Source: SAR202 cluster bacterium
GTDB lineage: Bacteria > Chloroflexota > Dehalococcoidia > Lucifugimonadales > UBA3495
Length of the DNA stretch: 64,000 bases
NCBI GenBank assembly: GCA_016872385.1
Contig: VGZV01000002.1
Coordinates: forward strand, 12,106 to 76,105
Reading direction: 5' to 3'
Part shown: positions 7,523 through 16,675 of the stretch, piece by piece
Layout: each line of letters begins with the position of its first letter
How positions within the stretch are numbered: position 1 is the stretch's first letter
Translations under genes and position numbers: made by a program
The notes under the pieces: model-generated
Database searches by the model: none
What the model was told of the DNA's origin: nothing
What the model saw: only the letters and a program-made list of their open reading frames with translations

Positions 7523-10429
7523 TCAGGGCAAGGCATCCCGCAGCACTTCCACCAGGTGGCGCGCCCGCCTGCCGGTGCCCTGTTCCACCTGCTGGCGGCA
7601 GGAGACGCCCATGACCGCCACCTCCCAGTCCGGCTCCTTGGCGGCGATGGCGGGGAATAAAGAAAGCGCCCCGATTTGCATGGAGACATCGTAGTGCTCT
7701 TTTTCAAACCCAAAGGAGCCAGCCATGCCGCAGCAACCCGCATTGATTAGCTCCACCTGGTAGTTGGGCGGCAGCCGCAGGGCCTGTAGGGAACTTGCGG
7801 CGCCCACCAGGGACTTCTGGTGGCAGTGACCGTGGAACAGCACCTTCTTGGGCAAGTCTGTGAAAGGCAGATCGAGTTTGCCCTGGCCTTTGAGGCGCAC
7901 CAGGAACTCGTCAATCAGAAAGCTGTTCTGGGCCACGGCGCGAGCCTTCTCGTCTTTAACAAACTCCGGGTACTCGTCCCGGAATGTCAGCAGGCAGCTT
8001 GGCTCACAGCCGATGATGGGAATGCCTTGCTGCACCAGGTTATAAAGCAGGTCAACGTTATGGCGGGCGTGGGCTGCTGCTTCATCCAGCAAGCCCTTGG
8101 AGATCATAGGACGGCCGCAGCACTGGCCGTTGGCCAGCACCACCTGGAATCCCACCGCCTCCAATAGCTCCACAGCGGCCTTGCCCACCTGGGGATAGTT
8201 GTAGTTCATAAAGGTGTCGTTGAATAAGGCTACAGTGCCCTGTGCTGCTGATGCCTGGGGGGCGCCCCGGCGGGAGCCAAACCACTTGGGCAGTGTCTGC
8301 CGGGCAAAGGGCGGCAGCTTGCGCTTGGGATGAACACCCAGCAGGGCGCTGGACACCAGCTTGCCCAGGGGGCTGGCTGCGCCCCAGTTAGAGACCGGGG
8401 CCAGGCTGGATCCCAGCCGGTTGAGCCGGTTGATGTGCGCCATCAACTTGGTGCGCAGGGGCATGGCATGGGACTGGTGGTAGTTGCTGAGGAACTCGTA
8501 CTTCAGCTTGGCCATGTCCACGCCGGATTCGCACTCGGACTTGCACGCCTTGCACTCCAGGCACAAGTCCAGAGCCTGGTATAGCCGCTCGCTGGACATG
8601 GCGTCCTGAGGAAGCCGCCCCGACATGGCGGCACGCAGCAAGTTGGCCCTGCCCCGGGTGGAGTGTTCTTCGTCCCGGGTCACCATGAAGGAGGGACACA
8701 TGGTGCCCTCCAGCTTGCGGCACGCCCCCATGCCGTTGCACATCTCCACCGCCCCGGCAAAGTTCCCGTCCAAGGAAAAGTCCAGGTGGGCCCCAATGGG
8801 CTGGGCGTGGTACTGGGGGCCATAGCGCAGGTTCTCAGTCATGGGCGGGCAATCAATAATCTTGCCCGGGTTCATGATGCCGTTGGGGTCAAAGGTCTTT
8901 TTCAAGTCGCGGAAGGACTGGTAGAGCACCCCGCCGAACATCTTTTGGGTCCAGACGCCCCGCACGATGCCGTCGCCGTGCTCGCCGCTCATGGAACCGC
9001 CAAACTCCTTGACCAGGTCGCTAATCTGGTCGCCGATGGACACCATCTTGGCGACGCCTTCGGGGTCTTTGAGGCTTACCAAGGGCCGGATGTGCAGGCA
9101 GCCCACGCTGGCATGGCCGTAGTAGCCTGCGGAAGTGTTGTGGGCGCGGACAATCTCGTCAAAGCGGCGGACGAAAGGCCCCAGCTTTTCCGGGTCCACC
9201 GCGGGGTCTTCCACAAATGGGATGGGTTTGGCGTCGCCGCGGGTGCTCATCAACAGGCCCAAGCCGCCCTTACGAACGTTCCACACCGTAGCCTGCCCCG
9301 CGCGGTCCAGGATGCCCACAGCGGCGTAGCCCAAGCGCTGGCGGGCCATGTCCGCCTTCAGATCGTTCAACTTGCGGGTCAGCTCCTCCTGGGACTCGCC
9401 GTAGAACTCCACCACCAGGATTGCGCCAGGGTCGCCCTCAATGAAGGTCAGATTGCGGGACTGGCCCAGGGATTCGCGGCACCGGTCCAGAATCATCTTG
9501 TCCATGATTTCAATTGAGGATGGGCCATGCTTCAGCACTTGTACGGTGGCTTCGCTGGCCTGGAAGATGTCGGCGAAGTGCAGCACCGACAGGGCGGTCA
9601 TGGTGGGACGGGGCACCAGGTTGACCTTGGCTTCCGTGACCACGCACAGGGTGCCTTCGGAACCAACCACCATGCGAGTCAGGTTGAAGGGCGAATCACT
9701 GAGGAACTCGTCCAGGTTGTAGCCGCTGACCCGCCGCAGAATTTTGGGGTAGCGGGCCTCAATCTCCGCCTGCACCTCCCTGGCGATGCGCCGCACGCCC
9801 CGGTAAATATCCGATTCCAGCCCGGCGCCGCTGAGTTTGCTTTCCAGCTCCGGGGCGGTCATGGGCCGGAAGTGGGTGCGGGAAGCGTCGGCCAGCACCA
9901 CGTCCAACTCCTGGATATGGTCCAGGGTCTTGCCGTAAATCACCGAGTGGGCGCCGCAGGTGTTGTTGCCGATGCCGCCGCCCACACAGGCCCGGTTGGC
10001 CGTGGTGGGATCCGGGGCGTACTGGAGGTTGTGGGGCAGCATCTGGCGGTTAAACTGCTCCAGGACGATGCCCGGCTGCACCCGTGCCCAGTGCTCCTCC
10101 CGGTTGACTTCCAGAACCTGGTGGAGGTACTTGCTGAAATCAATGACGATGGCGTGGTTAACCGTCTGGCCCGCTAGGCCGGTGCCGCCGCCCCGGGGCA
10201 GGACGGGCACCTGGGCGTCCCGGGCTACTTCCACCACCGCTTGCACGTCGTCCACGCTGCGGGGGATAACCACGCCCACCGGCTCCATCTGGTAGATGCT
10301 GGCGTCGGTGCTGTAGAGCACGCGGGAGAAGGGGTCAAAGCGCACTTCTCCGGAGACGCGTTTGCGCAGCTCTTGGGCCAGTTCTTCCCGTTCTTTGCCC
10401 CGGATCCTGCTGGCGGCTGTGGTGGTCAT
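7523..10429 (-). CDS. FAD-binding oxidase fused to Fe-S/CCG domains (GlcD-GlcF fusion, YdiJ-like 2-hydroxyacid dehydrogenase)
   Basis: 968 aa. Has the FAD-binding PRGGGTGLAGQ, two ferredoxin-type clusters (CNGMGACRK, CLECKACKSEC) and C-terminal CCG motifs (GCEPSC, CCGMAGSFG). Confidence 0.85.
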   Translation of the reverse strand: MTTTAASRIRGKEREELAQELRKRVSGEVRFDPFSRVLYSTDASIYQMEPVGVVIPRSVDDVQAVVEVARDAQVPVLPRGGGTGLAGQTVNHAIVIDFSKYLHQVLEVNREEHWARVQPGIVLEQFNRQMLPHNLQYAPDPTTANRACVGGGIGNNTCGAHSVIYGKTLDHIQELDVVLADASRTHFRPMTAPELESKLSGAGLESDIYRGVRRIAREVQAEIEARYPKILRRVSGYNLDEFLSDSPFNLTRMVVGSEGTLCVVTEAKVNLVPRPTMTALSVLHFADIFQASEATVQVLKHGPSSIEIMDKMILDRCRESLGQSRNLTFIEGDPGAILVVEFYGESQEELTRKLNDLKADMARQRLGYAAVGILDRAGQATVWNVRKGGLGLLMSTRGDAKPIPFVEDPAVDPEKLGPFVRRFDEIVRAHNTSAGYYGHASVGCLHIRPLVSLKDPEGVAKMVSIGDQISDLVKEFGGSMSGEHGDGIVRGVWTQKMFGGVLYQSFRDLKKTFDPNGIMNPGKIIDCPPMTENLRYGPQYHAQPIGAHLDFSLDGNFAGAVEMCNGMGACRKLEGTMCPSFMVTRDEEHSTRGRANLLRAAMSGRLPQDAMSSERLYQALDLCLECKACKSECESGVDMAKLKYEFLSNYHQSHAMPLRTKLMAHINRLNRLGSSLAPVSNWGAASPLGKLVSSALLGVHPKRKLPPFARQTLPKWFGSRRGAPQASAAQGTVALFNDTFMNYNYPQVGKAAVELLEAVGFQVVLANGQCCGRPMISKGLLDEAAAHARHNVDLLYNLVQQGIPIIGCEPSCLLTFRDEYPEFVKDEKARAVAQNSFLIDEFLVRLKGQGKLDLPFTDLPKKVLFHGHCHQKSLVGAASSLQALRLPPNYQVELINAGCCGMAGSFGFEKEHYDVSMQIGALSLFPAIAAKEPDWEVAVMGVSCRQQVEQGTGRRARHLVEVLRDALP

Positions 10430-10444
10430 GGAATTACTCCAATA

Positions 10445-10530
10445 CCCCTCACCTCTATCCTCTCCCGCAAGGGGCGAGGAGGTATTTGTGCTCCTTCTCC
10501 CTCAATGGGAGAGGGCTGGGGTGAGGGTAA
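10445..10530. repeat. composite palindromic repeat, family B (CCCTCACC...GGGAGAGGGCTGGGGTGAGGGT)
   Basis: About 86 nt. A second copy in the same orientation lies at 52957-53048. Both abut the 5' end of a minus-strand gene. Confidence 0.7.
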
Positions 10531-10592
10531 GTATCCGCTAACTCAAAGATTAGGAAATTAGGGCCATAGCTTAACCTAAACCAGAGGCAGCT

Positions 10593-10751
10593 TCAACTTG
10601 AGGTACGGGAAATTCCCAGTTCTTCCAGCAGCGCGGCAGCCCAGTCACGCAGGCACGGCTCCAGGTCCAGGCCGCAGTGGGGGCAGTCCAGGTCGCCGAA
10701 GCGGAAGCGGGTGCCGCAGTTCTGACAGGCCCGGAACCGGGCCAGGCTCAT
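10593..10751 (-). CDS. small zinc-ribbon protein (52 aa)
   Basis: Internal ATG of the 10593..10946 ORF gives MSLARFRACQNCGTRFRFGDLDCPHCGLD..., with two CxxC pairs. No convincing SD, and the upstream part of the ORF runs through repeat family F. Confidence 0.3.
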   Translation of the reverse strand: MSLARFRACQNCGTRFRFGDLDCPHCGLDLEPCLRDWAAALLEELGISRTSS

Positions 10752-10897
10752 GATCACCAGTTGGATTTGCTGCTCCGAGGCCAAAGCGCATCTCCTGAAA
10801 AGTGTTGAGTGGCAAACAGTGTAGCCCAACTGGCCTCCAGCGGCCAAGGCGTTGCGACGCCAGGGCAATTGCAACTTATTAGGACGCAGACGAAAAT

Positions 10898-10944
10898 GCC
10901 CCCTGTCCCCCCTTTCAGAAAGGGGGGATAGGGGGGATTTCGCC
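10898..10944. repeat. short repeat, family F (TCCCCCCTTTCAGAAAGGGGGGATAGGGGGGATTTCGCC)
   Basis: Hairpin-forming unit. A split copy occurs inside the yloV-like CDS at 53787-53850. Confidence 0.6.
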
Positions 10945-11046
10945 AATGAAGAGCTTCAACATTGTACCGCTGTTCATAGGATACAGATATGAGATGCAAT
11001 GGCCCTGGTTGCTACCCGCCTTGGCGTTGTGACCCTATTGATGCGG

Positions 11047-11055
11047 TGCTAAACT
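11047..11055 (+). promoter_or_regulatory. extended -10 candidate (TGcTAAACT)
   Basis: Matches the TGnTAnAnT motif that recurs upstream of plus-strand genes in this window. Lies 20-29 nt before the candidate starts at 11075 and 11084. Confidence 0.3.
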
Positions 11056-11074
11056 GGGGCAAAGTTGGCATGAG

Positions 11075-11986
11075 GTGTCAGTAATGGCGAATTTGAAAGT
11101 CGGGTTCATTGGCCTGGGGCGCATGGGGCTGCCCATGTCCTACCGGCTGCTGAAGGCCGGGTTCCACCTGACGGTGCACAACCGCAGCCAGGAGAAGGTG
11201 CGGCAGATTGTCGGCTCCGGGGCGCACCCGGCCAAGTCCGCCACCCAGGTGACGCGGGAGTCGGACATTGTGCTGGCCTGCCTGCCGGACATCGCCACCG
11301 TGGAAGAGATATTCCTGGGCAAGGAAGGCATCATCGCCAACGCCCGGCCGGGACAGATTCTGGTGGACCACAGCACTGTGGGAGTGAACACCTCCAAGGC
11401 CTGCGCCGCCGCCGCCGAGAAAAAAGGCGCGTTGTTCCTGGACGCCCCCATCAGCGGCGGAGTGGAGCGGGCTGCCAACGGCACTCTGACCATCATGGCG
11501 GGCGGCCCAAAGGAAGCCTTCCTAAAAGCCTTGCCGGTGTTTGAAACTATGGGCGCAACCGTGCGGCACATCGGCCCCACAGGCACCGGCACCACAGTTA
11601 AGCTGGTAAACCAGTTGCTGTGCGTGGTGCATTCCATGGTCGCCGCCGAAGCAATGGTGCTGGGGGCCAAGTCCGGGGCGGACCCGGCCCTGGTGTTTGA
11701 GGTGGTCAACTCCGGCTGGGGCCAGAGCTTTATGCTGGGACGCAACGCCCCGGTGATGCTGGACCGCACTTTTGAAGACGCCCGCGCACCCATCCGCACC
11801 TACTTGAAAGATTTGGGGCTGGTGCAGGAACTGGCCGCTACGCTGGACGCGCCTACTCCCGCCTGCGACCTGGCGCACCAGGCTTTTAAGCAGGCGGCAG
11901 CCCAAGGGCTGGGCGACCTGGACGTATCAGGGATTGTGCTGCCCCTGGAGCAGCGAGCAGGGGTGCAGGTTAGGCGCAAGGACTAG
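11075..11986 (+). CDS. NAD(P)-dependent 3-hydroxyisobutyrate/beta-hydroxyacid dehydrogenase family oxidoreductase
   Basis: Rossmann motif VGFIGLGRMGLPM near the N-terminus and full-length HIBADH-like architecture. Start is either GTG 11075 or ATG 11084. Confidence 0.85.
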   Translation: MSVMANLKVGFIGLGRMGLPMSYRLLKAGFHLTVHNRSQEKVRQIVGSGAHPAKSATQVTRESDIVLACLPDIATVEEIFLGKEGIIANARPGQILVDHSTVGVNTSKACAAAAEKKGALFLDAPISGGVERAANGTLTIMAGGPKEAFLKALPVFETMGATVRHIGPTGTGTTVKLVNQLLCVVHSMVAAEAMVLGAKSGADPALVFEVVNSGWGQSFMLGRNAPVMLDRTFEDARAPIRTYLKDLGLVQELAATLDAPTPACDLAHQAFKQAAAQGLGDLDVSGIVLPLEQRAGVQVRRKD

Positions 11987-11996
11987 AGAGGGCTTG

Positions 11997-12059
11997 CCCT
12001 TCGACAGGCTCAGGACGGGCGGAATCAAGCCTGCTTATCCTGAGCTTGTCGAAAAATGG
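11997..12059. repeat. family A inverted pair forming a long hairpin between convergent genes (possible bidirectional terminator)
   Basis: TTCGACAGGCTCAGGA (12000-12015) pairs with TCCTGAGCTTGTCGAA (12038-12053) with one mismatch. Confidence 0.6.
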
Positions 12060-12082
12060 ACAGGCTGCCCACACTTGCTCCC

Positions 12083-12868
12083 TTAGCGCCGCTCCCGCCG
12101 CATTTTGAAGGCCAGGGCGGTAAGGCCAGCCAGGGCTGCCAGCGCCAATAAGCCTTCCAGAACCCGCCACATCAGTGGCGTTGTAGCCTGACCCTCAGCG
12201 ACTGACGGATATTCATCCGCCCAGGCAGCGGCATTCATGGCCGTTTCCTGGGCTGGAGCTGGCGTCAAGCCGGGAGGCGCTGTCTCCAAAGCTTCCGAAG
12301 AAGGAGGCGTCCCTTGTGCTGGAGGAGCCAGCGGCACCGCAATTCCGGGCTCAGGCTGAGGAGATTCCACTGGTTCCGGGCCATTGCTACCCGGCTCCGC
12401 GGATTTCATAAGCCCCTGGGTTTGCCCAGCGTCAGGGACCGCGGTTTCCTGGGGAGCCAACTCCCCGGGCGCAGGAGCCGCCTGGAAAGAGCGCATGGCT
12501 GGCGCATGGTCCTGGGGGACCAGGCTCCCTGTTAGGTCCGCGGAAACCACTGCCGCCAGCAGCACTGCAGCCACCGACACCGCCCCAGCATAAACCCAGC
12601 GAGGCGCTCCCAGGAAAAGCGAGGCTCTTGCCACCGGCGCAGGGGCCGGAGGCGCGGCAAATACAAAACTGCGGGGCGCCGGGCCGTTGGGCAGGCGGCG
12701 CATGGCGCTTAGCATGGCGGCCAGTTGGTCCAACTCCTGGCGGCAAACCTGGCAACGCTCCAGTGCAGCGGCCACCGCTTGCCGTCGTCCCGGCGGCAAC
12801 AACTCATCCTGGTACTGGGAGAGTACCCCGATGCGAAGATGCCGGTGCTGCCCAATAAATCTGAACAT
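12083..12868 (-). CDS. anti-sigma factor (zf-HC2-like N-terminus, one TM, Pro/Ala-rich outer region)
   Basis: Starts 1 nt after the sigma gene stop. N-terminal ..LERCQVCRQELDQL.. is followed by a hydrophobic helix (VYAGAVSVAAVLLAAVV), with a second C-terminal helix. Confidence 0.6.
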   Translation of the reverse strand: MFRFIGQHRHLRIGVLSQYQDELLPPGRRQAVAAALERCQVCRQELDQLAAMLSAMRRLPNGPAPRSFVFAAPPAPAPVARASLFLGAPRWVYAGAVSVAAVLLAAVVSADLTGSLVPQDHAPAMRSFQAAPAPGELAPQETAVPDAGQTQGLMKSAEPGSNGPEPVESPQPEPGIAVPLAPPAQGTPPSSEALETAPPGLTPAPAQETAMNAAAWADEYPSVAEGQATTPLMWRVLEGLLALAALAGLTALAFKMRRERR

Positions 12869-12869
12869 T

Positions 12870-13499
12870 CTACTTATCTTGACGGAACTGGGATGGCAGA
12901 AGTTCCCCAGTAGCGCGCAAATAGTCGCGCATGCTGCCGCGCCCCCGGCTGACCCGGGACTTCACCGTTCCCAGCGAGCAGTCCATAATCAGGGCCACCT
13001 CGTCGTAGCTAAAACCCTGCACATCCACCAGCACTAAAGCCATCTTTTGTTCCGCCGGCAACGCAGCTAGCCCGGCTTCGATGGCGCGGCGCAGTTCTTG
13101 CCGTTCCGCATGGTCTTCAGGAGATTCTTGGGCGGAAGGAATTTCGGCCGCAGAAGGAGTGACGTCGTCCGGGCCGGAGGGCAGCGGGTCCAGGGAAACT
13201 GTTGGACGGGCGCGGCGGGAACGCAATATGTCGCGGCAATGGTTGGCGACGATGCGCATTATCCAGGCTTTGATATTCTGGCCCCGGAATTGGGAAAAGG
13301 CCCGATATCCGGAAACAAAACTTTCCTGCACGGCATCTTCAGCCATTGCCCAGTCATTAAGCATGCGCCGGGCCAAGCCGAAGGCAGGAGCCTGGAAATT
13401 TTCAATCACGCAGTTGTAACAGTAGTCGTTGCCCGCCCGGTCATGGACCGGCAGCGGCGCGTGATTGGCGCAATTAAAGACCTGGGCGGCGGCAGTCAT
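12870..13499 (-). CDS. ECF-type RNA polymerase sigma-70 factor
   Basis: Region 2 (DAVQESFVSGYRAF) and region 4 HTH (FSYDEVALIMDCSLGTVKSRVSRGR). Confidence 0.85.
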   Translation of the reverse strand: MTAAAQVFNCANHAPLPVHDRAGNDYCYNCVIENFQAPAFGLARRMLNDWAMAEDAVQESFVSGYRAFSQFRGQNIKAWIMRIVANHCRDILRSRRARPTVSLDPLPSGPDDVTPSAAEIPSAQESPEDHAERQELRRAIEAGLAALPAEQKMALVLVDVQGFSYDEVALIMDCSLGTVKSRVSRGRGSMRDYLRATGELLPSQFRQDK

Positions 13500-13544
13500 C
13501 TAGTGCCGAGGCCCACCTTCCAGGGCGACAGGCGGCCATTCCAT

Positions 13545-14774
13545 TTAGCCCTGGAACGAGACTTTGCCATCCAGCAAGGCCCGTGCCATCACAAATTTGT
13601 GAATCTCGGAGGTTCCGCCGCCAATGCGGGCATGGCGCAGCAAATGGTACCAGTGGGCGATGGGCATGTCCAGGGTCTCACCCAGACCACCGAAAACCTG
13701 CATAATCTTGTCAATGCTGCGCCAGCCCCACTCTCCGGCGCAGTATTTGATTAGCGATGCTTCCACTCGCACGTCCTCGCCTTGGTCAGCGCGGGCTGCG
13801 GTTTCGCGAGTAATGGACCGCAATGTCATTATGTCAATATAAACGTCGGTGAGCATCCACTGGATGGCCTGCCGGTCGGCGATGGGGCGTCCGTAAGTGA
13901 CCCGCTGTTTGGACCAGTCAATGGCCATTTCCAAAGCGCGGGAAAGGATGCCCAGGGCCATGGCGCCCCGCAGCAGCCGGTCGTGGTGCACCAGCCATTT
14001 TTGCCCCAGGGTGAAGCCGCGGCCTACCTCGCCCAGCACCTGGGTCCGGGGCACCCGCAGGTTGTCCATATGCACAAACCACTGCATGGCGCGGCCGGGT
14101 GTAATCCAGATGCGGATGGGTTCAAAGCTCAGTCCCGGCGACGGGTTATCCACAATGAACATGGTAATGCCGCCATGCTGCCGCTTTTGTGAGTCGGTCA
14201 CGGCCTGCACCAGGAGGAAGTCCGCCGTTGCCGCACCCGAAATGAACATCTTGGTGCCGTTCAGCACCCAATCGTCGCCGTCCCGCACCGCCCGGGCCTG
14301 CATCATGCCGCCGGGGTCGGACCCGGCCTGGGGCTCCGTCTGGCCGAAGGCGTAGTTCAGTTTGCCTTCGATGGAGGGGTAAAGGTACTTTTTCTCCTGC
14401 TCCGGAGTGCATGCGCCCACCATCATCAAAGGCACCGGCGAGGTGGGCAACTGGACGATGCTCTTATGGACCTCTTCATCCAGCACTACGTGGCCCAGGG
14501 CGCCCATACCCCCGCCGCCGTATTCCTGGGGAACAAAGGATGTGTAAATGCCAGTGTCCTTGGAAATCTGAGTCAGCCGTCCCCATTTTTCGGGCGTCAG
14601 GGTGCCCACAATACCCTGCACCGCCTCGGCAATACCCCGGGGGCCGCCGTCGTCCAGACCCTCCTGGGGCGGGCGGGCCAGGTATTCTGCTTCCAGCGGC
14701 AGACACTCGTCCTGCACAATCTGGCGGACAGTTTGTTTCAGGGCATCTAATTCTGGAGGAAGACCAGTAGTCAT
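13545..14774 (-). CDS. acyl-CoA dehydrogenase
   Basis: 409 aa. ACAD motifs (FGQTEPQAGSD, GGTSEIHK) and three-domain length. Confidence 0.9.
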   Translation of the reverse strand: MTTGLPPELDALKQTVRQIVQDECLPLEAEYLARPPQEGLDDGGPRGIAEAVQGIVGTLTPEKWGRLTQISKDTGIYTSFVPQEYGGGGMGALGHVVLDEEVHKSIVQLPTSPVPLMMVGACTPEQEKKYLYPSIEGKLNYAFGQTEPQAGSDPGGMMQARAVRDGDDWVLNGTKMFISGAATADFLLVQAVTDSQKRQHGGITMFIVDNPSPGLSFEPIRIWITPGRAMQWFVHMDNLRVPRTQVLGEVGRGFTLGQKWLVHHDRLLRGAMALGILSRALEMAIDWSKQRVTYGRPIADRQAIQWMLTDVYIDIMTLRSITRETAARADQGEDVRVEASLIKYCAGEWGWRSIDKIMQVFGGLGETLDMPIAHWYHLLRHARIGGGTSEIHKFVMARALLDGKVSFQG

Positions 14775-14870
14775 GCAGATTACTCCGGAAGACTTTGGGG
14801 CACCGCGAAGGCATTATAGCGCGGAGGAGCGGCCAGGTGAAACAAGCCTTTGACTGTCCGCATTGCCAAT

Positions 14871-15077
14871 CTAATGGAATGGGCAAACAAACTTGAACGC
14901 TGCAAGGGCGGTATTGTCCAGTTCCGGCGCTTCTGCCGCAGAGTTTGCGGGGGCGGCGCTGGCTGTCTCACTTTGCAGTGGCTTTGTAGCGCCTAACCAA
15001 ACTGCGCCTGCTACAGCGCCAAGGAGGGTCAGCGAAATTATGGCCACGGCCACAAATGCCCAGGCTTTCTGTTTCAT
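14871..15077 (-). CDS. small membrane-anchored hypothetical protein (68 aa)
   Basis: MKQKAWAFVAVAIISLTLLGAVAGAVWL... with GGGAG 8 nt upstream of the ATG. No homology recognised. Confidence 0.3.
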   Translation of the reverse strand: MKQKAWAFVAVAIISLTLLGAVAGAVWLGATKPLQSETASAAPANSAAEAPELDNTALAAFKFVCPFH

Positions 15078-15216
15078 GTGCCAGGCTCCCATGAATGCGA
15101 CGGCGACTGCCTATAGACCCATTTAACCAGACTTATCAGGGAAAGTCACCCCCGTCTGTCTCTGGGCAATGGACCCTAACCCGGTTCTTTTGTGGGCATC
15201 AGCCCTGGCCGTGGCA

Positions 15217-15225
15217 TGGTAAAAT
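15217..15225 (+). promoter_or_regulatory. extended -10 candidate (TGgTAAAAT) upstream of selA
   Basis: TGnTAnAAT motif 77 nt upstream of the selA ATG. Confidence 0.35.
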
Positions 15226-15301
15226 ATGGCCTTGCCAGCCCAATGGCCGGAAAGGCCAAGCGGCTGCCAAAAGATTCTTGCTCTGGACCGGCCGAACGAT
15301 A

Positions 15302-16675
15302 ATGCAATTCCGAGACCTGCCCAGCGTGGACCGGGTGCTTACCGACGAGGCACTAGCATCTCTGGAAGGTGTGTTCCAGCGTACCTGGCTGGCCGGCCTG
15401 GCCCGGCAGCAACTGGAACAGGCCAGGCAGCGAATCCGCCAGGGTGAGGAGGCTCCCTCCGCTTCGGCAGTTGCCCAGGCAGTGCGGCGGGCCGCCCAGG
15501 CGGCAGTCACCGTGTCCCCCCGGCGGGTGATTAACGCCACTGGCGTGATAATTCATACCAACCTGGGGCGGGCGCCCCTCAGCAAGGCCGCCGGACAGGC
15601 CGCCGTGCTGGCCGCAGAAGGCTACTCCAACCTGGAACTGGACTTAGCTGACGGACGCCGCGGCTCCCGGCAGGCCCACTGCCAGACCCTGCTCCGGCAA
15701 CTTACCGGCGCGGAGGCCGCGCTGGCGGTCAACAACAATGCCGCCGCAGTGCTGCTGGGACTTTGCGCCCTGGCCGCGGGCAAAGAGGTGGTCGTATCCA
15801 GGGGCGAGGCCGTGGAAATCGGCGGTGGGTTCCGTATTCCGGACGTGCTGCGCCAGAGCGGCGCCACTCTAGTGGATGTGGGCACCACCAATCGCACCTA
15901 TGCCCGGGATTATGCAGACGCCATCACCAGCAACACAGGGGCATTCTTGAAAGCCCATGCCAGCAACTTCCGCGTGGAAGGCTTCACCGCGGCAGTGGAA
16001 TGCGGCGAACTGGTGGAACTGGGGCAGCGTCACAAAGTGCCGGTGCTGCACGACGTAGGCAGCGGCTGCTTCTTGCCCACGGAAAAGTACGGGTTGGCCC
16101 ATGAGCCTACTCCCCAGGAAAGCATTGCCGCCGGGGTGGGCCTGGCCTTTTTCTCCGGAGATAAACTGCTGGGCGGTCCCCAGGCTGGCATCGTGGTGGG
16201 CAAGCGGGAACTGGTGCAGCGGCTGGAACGCCACCCCCTGGCGAGGGCAGTAAGGATTGATAAAATGAGCCTGGCCAGTCTCAACGCTACCTTGCTCCAC
16301 TACCTGCGGGGAGAGGTAGAACAAGAAATACCCATCTGGCGCATGATTGCCACTCCGCCGGAAAAAGTTAAAGCCAGGGCCGAGGAATGGCGTTCCAAAT
16401 TAGGAGAAGGCGCTTCCGTAATAGCTTGCCGCTCCGCCGTCGGAGGCGGTAGTTTGCCTGGGGAAACTCTGCCCTCCTGGGCGCTGGCCCTGGCGTGCAA
16501 CGGTCTCACGGGCGGAGCGGAAGCGGTAATGGAGGGTTTACGCAGTAACGATCCCCCTGTCATTGCCCGTATAGAGGCGGACCAGGTGCTGCTGGACCCC
16601 CGCACAGTGCTGCCGGAAGAGGACAGCCCATTGTTGGAGGCGGTTACCGCTGCCTGGAGGGCCAAGCATGACTGA
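15302..16675 (+). CDS. selA: L-seryl-tRNA(Sec) selenium transferase
   Basis: Start taken at the MQFRDLPSVDRVL ATG (SelA N-terminal domain). PLP-lysine motif FFSGDKLLGGPQAG. The ORF-track start at 15095 is an unstopped 5' extension. Confidence 0.9.
   Translation: MQFRDLPSVDRVLTDEALASLEGVFQRTWLAGLARQQLEQARQRIRQGEEAPSASAVAQAVRRAAQAAVTVSPRRVINATGVIIHTNLGRAPLSKAAGQAAVLAAEGYSNLELDLADGRRGSRQAHCQTLLRQLTGAEAALAVNNNAAAVLLGLCALAAGKEVVVSRGEAVEIGGGFRIPDVLRQSGATLVDVGTTNRTYARDYADAITSNTGAFLKAHASNFRVEGFTAAVECGELVELGQRHKVPVLHDVGSGCFLPTEKYGLAHEPTPQESIAAGVGLAFFSGDKLLGGPQAGIVVGKRELVQRLERHPLARAVRIDKMSLASLNATLLHYLRGEVEQEIPIWRMIATPPEKVKARAEEWRSKLGEGASVIACRSAVGGGSLPGETLPSWALALACNGLTGGAEAVMEGLRSNDPPVIARIEADQVLLDPRTVLPEEDSPLLEAVTAAWRAKHD

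Noticed and set aside
15095-15301. Long 5' extensions in the ORF track: selA from 15095, ABC ATPase to 35509, lutB from 41611, LLM from 60754, yloV-like to 54899, lipoprotein from 39068.
   Set aside because: The extensions overlap upstream genes or encode non-conserved Arg/Pro/Trp-rich sequence. Internal starts match family N-termini and have SD sequences or stop/start coupling.
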